Below are positions 42,743 through 54,604 of a stretch of DNA of 64,000 nt, one piece after another (the stretch's first letter is position 1; every line of letters starts with the position of its first letter). Location: NCBI GenBank assembly GCA_051294375.1, contig CM119265.1, positions 3,747,494-3,811,493 on the forward strand. Direction: 5' to 3'. A program made the position numbers and the translations under genes. Source of the stretch: Paraspadella gotoi (taxonomy: Eukaryota; Animalia; Chaetognatha). The notes beneath the pieces were generated by a model. That model ran no database searches and was not told the DNA's origin. It worked only from the letters and a program-made list of their open reading frames with translations.

Positions 42743-45592
42743 TTATCCCGATTTGCTGGAGGTTGGATTCTGCCAAGAATAAAAAGAAGTCAAACTAAAA
42801 TAGGTCCCACTTTTTTCCTTGGGAGACTTTTCAGCCAACACTTCATTCTTTTTCTCAGCAACATCTTCCCGACCATTCACATTTATTGCATTAGGTTCAA
42901 TTTGTAATTGTTCTTTTGGAATATCATTGGATTCTATTGACTCCTCAACTGAATCTTCTTCTCTCTTGTCCACAATCAATGTTTCTTCCATCTCCCGTGT
43001 TCCCTCTTCTTTCTCTTCCGTGCCAACAAAGTGCCAACTTTGATTCTCTAATTGATTATCCTCACTTTCCCCAACCCCCGCCATAACGCTCTCTCTATTC
43101 ACTCCTTCATCAGCCAACGCACTCAACATTTTCTTATTTTGCTCTTGGATCTCTTTTTTGAGATCAGAATTCTCTCTCTCGATGGCTTCTCTTTCATCTT
43201 CTCTCAACAGACTCATGTTCTTTAGGTTTTCCTCCAATCGCCGTTTGGCCTTTTCCCTCCTTCTGGCAGCGAGGATCAAATCCCCCTCTGACTCTGGTTT
43301 CCAATCATCGTCCGGGTTTTCATCTAACGGTACAGACTCCGCTTGGTGGACAGGTTCTGAACTCAATTCGCTTGCATCGCTTTCATCTACTTCTTCCACA
43401 ATTTCCTCCGAGATGACTGAATTAAAAGTGACTTGTTTGACGGCGGTTTCGAGCTCTGTATCACTAGAAATTTTAAATTCTCCTTCATCAGCATTTTCCA
43501 AAAGATGCACCCTCTCCCAGAGATTTTCCATATCCTCCACCGCGCCCCGCTTGATTGCCATCTGCTCCTCATAAGCCTTGGCGCAGTTGAGCGGAAAATC
43601 TTGACAAAATTCTAGTTTGGGCAAGTAGCGCTTTGCAAACCAAAATATGTGAATGACCAGATTTTTGGTATTTCTCAAAACGTCTCGCAACAGCTTTTCC
43701 TTAGTTGGCAAGGAGCCATAATGACGATTTAATTCTTCGTCATTGGCAGGCACTATCAGATTTCGACAGTAGCGGATGTAGTCAACTAAAAACGGAGAGT
43801 ACTTTACTTTTTCATATATTTCCATAATGGCATATCTCTTCCATTTTTCTTGAAAAACCATGTAAAATGAGTTGTTTAATGTATTGACAATGTCCTCTCC
43901 GGTAGGATGGGATAAATCTAAATTGGAAATAGCCTCGTCAAACGTATCAAAGACTCTTATCAATAACTCGGTCTTCCAGAAAAACGGATGAGCCGATGAC
44001 TCCTGCATCGAGATCCTGAACTTTGGATCTAACTGAGTCATTGTCCAGATAAGATTTCTTTCCAACTCTTCCATGTCCTCGACCATTAATGATGATCTTT
44101 CACCTTTGCGTTGGTTAAAAATGATCTCGTGAGGATCACTGTGCCGCCCACAAAGATGGCGCTCGTTATGTGCAATCGAGACAAGCGCCTCAAAGGCAAC
44201 TAGACCAGCGGAGTAGACATCAGCCGCCTGGTGATCGAGTATCGTGGTTTCTATTTTCCGCAAGGGGCCCTCTAACTCGGGCGCTGTATATAGCGCGACC
44301 CTGTTGGCATGGCTGAAGATGAATGGCTCATCAGACTCTGTCCCTGAAGCGTATTCAAAGTCTGTCAGTTTGACGGCGTAACTTCCATCACGAAGCCGTT
44401 TCTTTAGCAGAACATTTGCCGGTTTGATGTTGCAGTGAGCGACGTCGTTGTCGTTTTTATCTCGATATGAATGAATTGATTCGAGGCATCGGAAAAACTC
44501 GTGGACGAGGAATTTCGGGGGCGTCGATGAGAGGAGCTCCTTGCTCAAAGTTTTCTGCGGAGGCAATTTCGGGCGAAGGACATCTTCAAGAGATCCTTCG
44601 GCGCGATCAAGAAGAAGAACAAAGTCTCGCCCGTCTTTTTTGAATCCAAAAACCTGGCGGGAAGAATGAATGACAAAAAGGTGGTTATGGACCATTGTAG
44701 ACTTTGGAGAGACTTTTAGAGACTTTATGAAATTGGTACAATCTTTAAAAAAGTATCCATTCATTTAATAAATAAGCTATCATGCCCCAGACTTTAAACA
44801 GGCTTTGCTGGGTTAAGGTTTCCATCCCTGTTACAAGATTATAACATATGTAGCAGGATAAAGATCAAGATTTTTTCACAGTCAAGTTTATTCACAAACT
44901 AGCTTCCCTAACAATGAAGTGATATATATTATTATAAATATGTTTTAATTGCATCGCAGATGGAATCGGATCCGCGACACGAGGACTCTCTGATTGGATG
45001 AATCATCATCGAAACGGACCAATGAGAAGACAGGCTTCCTGCCATCGGGAAACGAGCCCGCGTCGATGATCCGATTGCATTGTATAAATACTGGACCATT
45101 TCGTATTGAATCCAAATTTCAATCCAAATCTCAAATTCTGACACCGTCTTTGCTTGTGACTTTTCTGAAGAATAAAATCCACTTTCGGTTTCATGTTGAA
45201 ATCTCTGTCTACTTACTTAAATGTGGTGGCAGCGGTGGGATTCGAACCCACGGTATAAAAGGATGCTTCCCTCATATTGATTACACAAGTGACATCTATC
45301 AAATTCATGTATTAAGAGCATCTCCCGGTGAACATCACACCTTGATCACTCCCTCCTGATCATGCAATGAACGATGAAGGTCGGCGGATCGAATCCTGCG
45401 TCTAATCGTGACGGCGTTGCAGAATCGCGTCACCTTGGCGACTGCGTCCAGCGCCTCTCCGTCGTCCTTCAGCGTCGCCGGGTGGAGAGAGACGTTGCCG
45501 GCGTCGAGGGCGCGGTGTCGTCGACGCGCGTTTCCTCGGATTCGTCGATGGCGACGGAGAAGAGGCCGCCCGACAGATGGCGCGGCGGGAAT
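42743..45592 (-). CDS. Kinase-KEN gene B, predicted pseudokinase and pseudo-RNase. Exons 45592-45341 and 44653-42743; first exon/start codon not located.
   Basis: The upstream exon reads AGNVSLHPATL..AVAKVTRFC..LHRSLHDQEGVIK, splices at AAG|GTGTGA and joins in phase 0 at ccgccag|GTT (VFGFKKDG). Motifs: HCNIKPANVLL, VKLTDFE, YTAPE, DVYSAGL, HPFFW, KYSPFLVDYIRYCRNLIVP, YGSLP, then an acidic linker and coiled coil. It aligns colinearly with gene A. Confidence 0.85.
44757..44830 (+). repeat. Short dispersed repeat; related copies at ~60580-60625 and ~61855-61910
   Basis: ATTCATTTAATAAATAAGCTATC..ACTTT..ACAGGCTTTG is shared with 61856; AATAAGCTATC..TGGGTTAAGG.TTCCATC is shared with 60588. Confidence 0.6.
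44950..45252 (+). mobile_element. LTR-like remnant ending in a tRNA-Leu primer-binding-site-like sequence, inside an intron of gene B (antisense)
   Basis: 45224-45252 TGGTGGCAGCGGTGGGATTCGAACCCACG is the exact complement of the 3' end of eukaryotic tRNA-Leu including CCA. It is preceded in order by ATTGG/CCAAT boxes (44993, 45019), TATAAATA (45083) and AATAAA (45171). LTR boundaries are not resolved. Confidence 0.55.
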
Positions 45593-46025
45593 CTGGAAGG
45601 GGTAGTTGGAGGAGGGGGGGGATCGGTGGGGGGGGGCGATTTGATAGCATCGCGATTTAGAATTAAAAGAACGATACTTAGAATATCAATGTATTAAGCA
45701 TTTAAGGATAAATTTAAACAATTCTTTTATTTGTTGCAAATGAAAAGAGAAAAAAAAAACACTTATGCTAAATTTGTTATAAAAATTTTTTTTTTTTTTG
45801 CTCTTTTTTTTTTTTGGTTCGTATTGAATGGACTCTTGATCCTTTGGCCCGGAATCTAACAGTAACTCTCTTTTATTACTTAGTACTTAGTATTTAGTAC
45901 TACTCTCTTTTCTAACCAAATCTTTGATTGAATAGAAAACACAAAAACAGGTTTGAAGTGGATTAACGGTCGTTAAACTTTAAATGTTTAATATAGAAAA
46001 TAGTTAAAAAATGAGAGAGAAACAG

Positions 46026-46064
<39 letters not shown>

Positions 46065-46872
46065 TAAATTTTATTTTATATTTATTTACCTTTTCCAAAA
46101 AATCTTACAAAAAATCAGTTGAATTATTTTACCTAATTTATGTTCAGAACACGAGGTTATTCTTACCTGCCATGCTTGCGACGAAAATATTATAAAAAAA
46201 GTTTATTTTTTCAGTGTTTGTATATCGCTTGTGAAATTAGCTTTAAAGTGTGAGAGAATCGTAATTTTCAACGATAAAACCTGTTTTTATTGATTTGTTA
46301 AGTCGCTCAGGCAGGTAAATCTCGTTTAGAAGCAGCGGAAGATTCTAATTATTTTATTATTCTTTGATTAGTAATTAGCGTTTCTTCTTAGTTAACATTA
46401 ATTATATTGTAAGCGTTTGTACGCAAATTTTTCTTTAAACTATTTCAAATACAAGACAGACATTCCATTCGAATTATATATAACGAAATTTTAGTTTTCA
46501 GCATAAACCATTCGAAGGTCTTGTGTAAAATTAACTTTATCAAGGTGACTGGTTTAAAAAAAGCTTCTTTTTTTATTTCGACTCATCTTTAAATATGTAT
46601 AACCTTTCATGTACTGCGCTTTTGTTTTTATATATAAAAGTTGACGAAATAAAATGGAGCTGGGGCGCTCTAGCGGAAAAAAAGGCAGAACTGGGAAGAA
46701 AGTGTAATCTGATCGTAAATGTGTATCAACTTAAAATATATAATTAGAAACTTTTTATATAAAAAATAATGAGAAAATTCAAGAAATTAATTAAAAGTTT
46801 TCTTTTAATTATTAATTTCTTGAATTTTCTTAGAAAGAAAGAAAAAAAAAGAAAAAAAAGAAAGAAAAAAAA

Positions 46873-46908
<36 letters not shown>

Positions 46909-47971
46909 AACATAGAAATATAGAAACAGAAATAGAAAAAAAAATCAAATTCGCCATCACTTCCGCTCCGATCGTTTCGCTCCATTAACGTCGACGCCTC
47001 CTTGGCGTAGCGCCAACCAACCCTTTGCCCTTGGCGTTACGTCACGACGTATCTAGTAGTTAAGACAAGTTGTTGCGTTTCACTTGGGGAAAAGTTAATT
47101 ATGTTTTTAGGGATGATTTTTTTTGTGCGCCACCATGCGTTTTTTTTTGCCATGTGTGACGCACTTGGTTCTTGGTTTTACGCCACACATTTTTTATTTG
47201 CACCACGGGATCAGTTTTTACGCCACGCCGATTCTTTTTCTTTTTTTTTTGCGCCACGATGCTACTTTTTTTTCGCCGGCAGAGTGGGGAGCGAGTGGGG
47301 ACGAAGATTCGTTGTGCGCCCAAGAGGAAAATCTGTTAAAAACACGAAATCCGTGAAAAATGTCGAAAGATGTTTGGAGGGAGAAGAGAAGTGGAGGGGG
47401 GTGGGGGAGTGAGAAGGAAGGGGGAAAGGGGAGAAAAATTAGAGGAAGGAGGAATGGGAGGTATGTCAGGCAAAGGTGAAAGAAGAGATAAGCAGACGAG
47501 AAATGTGTAGTTAAAAATTAAAAAGTATATTCAAAACGATCGCTATTTGGTCACATTAAATCGGTACTACCGATATAAGATTTATCAATTCATTTAATAA
47601 ATAGACTAAATTGCCCCTAACTTTGGACATTCGTCAATCTTAAAATATTATGACATGACATGACATGACATGACATGTTTATGTCGTTTTAAGTCGTTTT
47701 CTTACCAAGTTTTGTCTTTAGTCGTAGTTTCGTTTGATTCTTATGTACATACTGACTAATGAATATACCATTTTGATTTGGAAAAAAAGGCATTGTGATT
47801 CCCCTTACAATTTAATTACCTAATGTATTAAATGGTTTCAAATCCACTAATTTTGATATAATTCTATTACTTTAACAACTGATATTCAGTCAAGAGATTT
47901 TTTTTCTCTTTTCAATTTTCTCCGCCTTCGACCTTTTTTTTTATTCCCATCTCTCTCACTCGGTCGGCTTG

Positions 47972-48109
<138 letters not shown>

Positions 48110-48270
48110 TGTGTCACCCCCTCTAGTTTGCATAGGGTAATTGAGATCAAGTCTCCTCCTAATTCCTTCATCTATTTCCCATTTTTCTTCAAAATCGCTG
48201 ACGTGTTTACGACATTTTGCTCCGTTTTTTTATTATTGTTGTTTTGTTTGTTTATTTTCTCGTTTGCGAT

Positions 48271-48403
<133 letters not shown>

Positions 48404-49882
48404 GAAGAGGGGAAGTGGGGGAGTGTGAAATAGAAATAGAAAAACGATCGCTATTTTTTAGCAAATATTTTTCAAAAAATTATGTTATTCCTAACATTTT
48501 CTACACTTTTCCCTGCTTTTTTATTTGCTTTCTTCTAACGTTTGGACTCTAATCAAAAAACAGGTAAGTCAATTTCAAAATATTTGATTTTGTTTATTTA
48601 CATAAAAACCATAGGCTAAGAACACCGATAAATAAATCACGTACTTGCAAAAATTAATACAATCGGAAACGCACGAAAAAGTAAAGAATTTGCAAAGAGA
48701 GAATGAGCGCACCTCTTTATGCAAATTAGAGAGAAACCGAGATTATACAACCGAAATAAAAACTCGAAAAAAAGATCTCTCCTCTCCAAAAAAAATAAAG
48801 ATAAAGAGATAAACAAGAAATGAAAAAAAGAAAAAGAAAGAAAGAAGAAAGAAAGAAAGAAAAAGTAGGAATGAATTATAATGAGCGTGAGGCAGATTCA
48901 CCTCCTGTCTCTTCGTCGACCAAGAATTCACTTCTCTTCACATCTTCACTTCACGACCACTCTGTCTCCCTCCTCTTCCTCCTCCTCCTCCTCCTCTTCC
49001 TCTTCCTGCTCCAAGCCCCGAACCATAGAAGGTTCATGAAGCCACGTGTATCGCACCATGACGTCTCTCCATCGACGGTGCACCATAAAAATCTCGCTCG
49101 TTCGTTCGTTCGGCCGTCGTCGTCGTCGTCGTCGTCGTCGCTCCAATGAAGACGTTTCTTTGATGCTACTCATTAAATGCAGATTGAGAAAATCTTAGGG
49201 AAAAACGACTTTGAGAAGAGAGAAAGAGAGAGATGGATNNNNNNNNNNNNNNNNNNNNNNNNNGACTGGCATAGAGAGAGAGAGAGAGGAAGGAGATGTG
49301 AATACGGAGATATGAAGATAGAGAGAGAGAGATGAAGAGAGAGACGATGAGAAGGAGAGAGAGTAGAGAGATGACTTTTGAATAATACTAAAATGGATTG
49401 TGTTTTTGTATTTTTATTTTTCATTTTCTGAAGATGCATCAAATCGGTAATTAGAAAATGAATAATATATAAGGGTTAAGATCTCCTTTCTTCTAACTTA
49501 TTTTCTTTTCTTCTTCTGTTCTTTCTTTCTTTCTTCTTTCTTTTCTTTCTTTCTTTCTTTCTTCTCTTTCTTTCTCTTCTTTTTTCTTTTCTTTCTTTCT
49601 TTTCACACAAAAGTAGAGAAAAAGAGATTAAGTGCGAGAAGATAAAAATCAGAAGAGAAAAAAAAGCAGAGAAAAACAAAATGGCCACAGCTCAGTCGAA
49701 AAAGAAATCAAATGAAAAGAAAAAAAAGAGGAAAAAAGGAAAGAAAGATTTAAAGGAAAAGGTAAAGATCTCTCTCTTTTTTTTTTAAAAATGGGATTTT
49801 TTTATTTTTTATTTTTTCATTTCGAAATGATCAAATCGGTAATTGAAAAGAAAAAAAGGAAGATTCTCTTTCTTTCTTTTTT

Positions 49883-49957
<75 letters not shown>

Positions 49958-50456
49958 CTCTGTTTACACAAAAGTAGAAAAAGAGAATTAAGTGAAGAAG
50001 ATAAAATCAGAAAGAGAAAAAAAAGAGAGAAAAAACAAAATGGCCACAGCTCAGTCGAAAAAGAAATCAAATGAAAAGAAAAAAAAGAGAAAAAAAAAGG
50101 AAAGAAAGATAAAGGAAAAAAGGAAGGAAAAAAGAAAGGAAAAGGAAAAAAGGAAAGAAAGATGAAGGAAAAAAGTGAGGGGAAAAAAGGGAGGAAAAAA
50201 AAGGAAAAAAGGAAAGAAAGATAAAGGAAAAAAGGGAGGAAAAAAGGAAAGAAAGATAATTAAAAAAGGGAGGAAAAAAGAAAGGAAAAGGAAAAAGAAA
50301 GAAAGATAAAGGGAAAAAAAAGGAAGGAAGTCGATGAGAAATGTTCGTTGGTTGATTTTCCAGGTGAATAAATATTTGATTGAAGACAAGGTCAAACGAA
50401 GAGCCGTGCGACACTAAAGCTAAAAGACATTCTCTCTCTCTCTCTCTCTCTCTCTC

Positions 50457-50492
<36 letters not shown>

Positions 50493-50689
50493 AGAGAGCG
50501 TCCGATTGTCGCCGTTAGATCAACACTTATGCCGCCATCAAAAAGAAAAACGATTAGATGCCGATGAAGATATCATTTATTCATTGAAGAGCACAGAGAG
50601 AGAGAGAGCACACAGAGAGAGAGAAGAGAGAGAGAGAAGAGAAGAGATGAGAGAGAGGAGCAGCAGAGAGAGAGAGAGAGAGAGAAGAG

Positions 50690-52255
50690 TCTCGGTCTAA
50701 CGGACGCAGTCGAAAGGAGCGCGGTGGCCAAGAGCATCGCGGTCGACAAAAGAAATGGAATAACGAGAAGCTTATCGCTTTCGCTCTTTTTTTTATGTCG
50801 ACTTATTCTTCTTTTTTCGTGTACTCGAACGAACCAAGAAAAAAAAGGAAATGCCGTCATAGATTACGAATTATAGAGCATAACGTAAAAAAAATACCGA
50901 GATGCTATTAAATTGATCAGATCTCTGGAGAAATTGGCCCCACGCGAAACATAAATTTTTTCCTGCAGGTCGATATTAAGAATTGTTTTAACAGTTACAG
51001 CAATGTTCTCGTCGTCGATCGTCACTGCAGTCCTTTGTTCCCGTCGTCGGTCTCGTCCTGTCGGACGTCGTCAACAGTTATCGTTATCGTGATCACAGTG
51101 ATGTGAAACGCGCTTTTTTTTACAAATTTTTTATTGTTTTGACTCAAAAGTTTATAAAAAATATTATTTTTAAAATGTATTCCAGACAGGCTTGTTTTTC
51201 TGGTCAATATCACTCTTATATCTTTATGCAAATAAATAAAATTTTAAAATAAACATAACTTGATTTTACCGAAGGGCTAGCTTATTGACATAACATTGAC
51301 TAACTCTACCATCACTTACAAACTAGTAAACTAGTTAATAATTCAACGATATATATCGCGAAATTGTCTTCATAGTCCTCCTCGGGGTGTATGATTGGTT
51401 CTGTAGTTTCGTCTATTACTACGCGTGAAATTGAGTCTTTGTCACACGTTGAGAGAGAGAGAGAGAAGGAAGAGAGAGATGAGAGAGAGAGAAGAGAGAG
51501 AGAGAGAAGAGAGAGAGAGAGGAGGAGAGGAGAGAGCNNNNNNNNNNNNNNNNNNNNNNNNNTCTCTCTAACGGTGAAAGAACAATTTCACGCGTAGAAA
51601 GACGAGATGACAATTTCGGATATATATCGTCGAATTATTAACTTGTTTTCTTAGTTTGTAAGTGATTGGTTAGTTTAGTTTAGTCAATAGTTTAGTTTAG
51701 TTTAGTCAATAGCTAGCCCTTCGTAAATGTCAAGTATGTTTATTTAAAATTTTATTTTAATTGCATAAAAGATACAAAGAGTGATTATTGACCGGAAAAA
51801 AGGCCTCCTGGAATACATTTTAAAAATATATATTTTTTAAAACTTTTGAGTCAAACAATAAAAATTTGAAAAAAACGCGTCACATCACTGGATCACGATA
51901 ACGATAACGTTGACGACGACGACGACGACGACGAAAAGGACGGCAGTGACGACGACGACAATTGCGAACGTTAAAATCCAATTCTTAAAATCGACCCAGG
52001 AAAAAATTTATGTTTCGTGGCCAATATTCTCCAGATCTATATCAATTTAACATCTCGGTATTTTTTTTACGTTATGCTCTATAATTCGAGCATGACGGCA
52101 TTTCCTTTTTTTTTGGTCGTCGATACAGAAAAAAGAAAATAAGTCGACATAAAAAAAAAGAGCGATAAGCGATAAGCTTCTCGTCATTCCATTTCTTTTT
52201 TTCGACCGCGATGGCTCTTGGCCACCGCGCTCCTTTCGACTGCGTCCTTGACCGA

Positions 52256-52290
<35 letters not shown>
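50690..52290. repeat. Inverted (mirror) duplication around the 25-N gap at 51538-51562
   Basis: 50690-51440 is the reverse complement of 51580-52260, for example GAGTCTCGGTC..GACGCAGTCGAAAGGAGCGCGGTGGCCAAGAGC vs GCTCTTGGCCACCGCGCTCCTTTCGACTGCGTCC..GACCGAGACTC. Confidence 0.85.
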
Positions 52291-53065
52291 NNNNNNNNNN
52301 NNNNNNNNNNNNNNNNNNNNNNNNNNNNNNNNNNNNNNNNNNNNNNNNNNNNNNNNNNNNNNNNNNNNNNNNNNNNNNNNNNNNNNNNNNNNNNNNNNNN
52401 NNNNNNNNNNNNNNNNNNNNNNNNNNNNNNNNNNNNNNNNNNNNNNNNNNNNNNNNNNNNNNNNNNNNNNNNNNNNNNNNNNNNNNNNNNNNNNNNNNNN
52501 NNNNNNNNNNNNNNNNNNNNNNNNNNNNNNNNNNNNNNNNNNNNNNNNNNNNNNNNNNNNNNNNNNNNNNNNNNNNNNAAGAGGCCGTCAACAGGCCGAC
52601 ATCAGGTTAAGCGTTAAGGGCGACACAGAATTTATCACAAAAAATGATGTTTTTGTGACATTTTTTCCCTTATTCGATGAGAAAAGAATAACGAATTCTG
52701 TCGGAAATTAAAAAACCATACGAATCAATACTTTATATTTTATATTTCTTTTTTGTAAAAAAAGGGGGAAAAAGGAATACGCAATACTTTTTTCACAGAT
52801 ATTAAAACTAAAGCTTACAAATATTGAGTTTGTGAGTCATTCACATCATATTATCATATTTTGTATCCTTATAAACAAAAAGAAAACAAATAACAAAAAC
52901 TTGATTGTGTTGAAAACATCGACAGACTGCTTATCCCCCCGTCTACAAACGACCTCACCCTTTCTCGTTTTGACCTGACCTGAACTCACCCAACACTGAA
53001 TCTGACCCGACCCCGAGCCAGGAAACCCATCTCCTTCTCCTCTTCCTCCTCGTCTCCTTACTCAC

Positions 53066-53174
53066 CCGAAACTCGACAGAGAGCGAGACAGAGTCATCAG
53101 CCTCCTCCTCTTCCCCTTCCCCTTCGCAGGTACTAATGCGCCGTTCACGCGCACTGCTCGCCTTTCCGTTGCCA

Positions 53175-53231
<57 letters not shown>

Positions 53232-53550
53232 TGTTCGAAGGCATTCGCTGTTTTTCATTTTTCGCCGTCGAAGGGCGAAAGGAAGTCGCCGGCCGCGAGA
53301 TCGCCGGAAGTTTCGCCAAAAATTCGTCGCAGATATTCGCCTCATCGTCGCCAAATGTTTTCACTTTGAATTCGTTCGATTTTTCGTCGTCGCTTTGATT
53401 TTTCACGATTGATCGATCGAGCGGACGCGATGACGTCGAAGGTCGCCTTGACAACCGAAACGCTACTTCGAACTCATCGCCATGACAACCGATCGCGTCC
53501 GTGGACTGACACCCTCGTTGACCTCTTTGGCCGGCGACGAGACGAAAGGG
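53066..53550 (-). CDS. Possible coding exon of an unknown protein (RPST/RPAT-rich), spanning a (CT)n tract
   Basis: Stop-free, GC-rich frame ..GDEFEVAFRLSRRPSTSSRP..DDEANICDEFLAKLPAISRPATSFRPSTAK.. ending at a GTGAGT donor at ~53065. No domain recognised. Confidence 0.3.
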
Positions 53551-53830
53551 TCAGAAGAGGTCAAATTGGGTGACAAGGGTTACGAAGATCACCAGATGGA
53601 AATCTCCAATTTAGATTTCGAAATTAAGTGATGTTATTCTCTTGGGGAAAGAGAATGACTTAATGATTCTTTTGTTATTGGCCATGAAAAATCAATACTG
53701 TTATTATCAGTTAAACGTTATGATAAGTATTTTCTTAGAAATTGTTTTCTTTTATTTTGGGTTAAAAATATTCCGAGAATAAAAACATTCAAGGACTCAA
53801 TTTAAGTTGTCAAACAAAAATGGCCGCAAT

Positions 53831-53935
<105 letters not shown>

Positions 53936-54604
53936 CTCTCTTTACCCCCTCCATCTCTTGGTTATTCATTTCTTCTGACCAAGAGACGCTTCCCGTTCAA
54001 AGCCAAAGGTCGAATCTTTATTGAAATTCGAAATCAAATAAAATTTAATAAAATTCGAAATTAAAAGAAATAAAAGGAAGAGGAGACATCGACAATTTCC
54101 TCTGCAACGCCAAGACTCGTTGCCGTCTGCAACGTTTCTTTCTCTTTGACCATTTCATCAACCATTTTGCAGAAGGAAAGTTTTTTTTTTTTTTTTCAAG
54201 AAAATGTTACATTTTTTTAAAGAGCGACGTAAAAAAAAAACAAATAAATGATTTGCTTAACAGCGATATAAATAAAATATAGAGCCGTAAATTAACAAGA
54301 TTATTTTAGTATTTGGAAAATTTATAAAATAAGAATTGCATTCTCGAATGAAATTTAACTCATAAAAAATATTAATAATAATTTTAATTCAAATCGATAT
54401 TTTTTTCCTCCACCTATTTAAACTTCCATATTTGGATCGCGATGGATGTAACCATTTTCTCGAGACATTTACGAGATGGAATCGTCTCCTCATTGGCGCC
54501 GAGTGGAACACCCACAACTCTTCTCGGGCGTCGCCGATTGTGGGAGACATTCGCGCCGGTTCGAACGACGCCGAGCCACGCCCAGGGTCGACATCACTTG
54601 GCGC

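Noticed and set aside
44654-44764. N-terminal 37 aa of the 673-aa ORF (MNGYFF...SSRQ)
   Set aside because: Intronic read-through. The acceptor ccgccag at 44654 and the homologous upstream exon define the real junction.
45224-45252. tRNA-Leu gene
   Set aside because: Only the 3' 29 nt are present and they include CCA, so this is a PBS or retro-fragment rather than a gene.
38935-45592. Assigning gene symbols IRE1/ERN1 or RNASEL
   Set aside because: No luminal/TM or ankyrin region is seen and the kinase motifs are divergent, so orthology cannot be supported from sequence alone.
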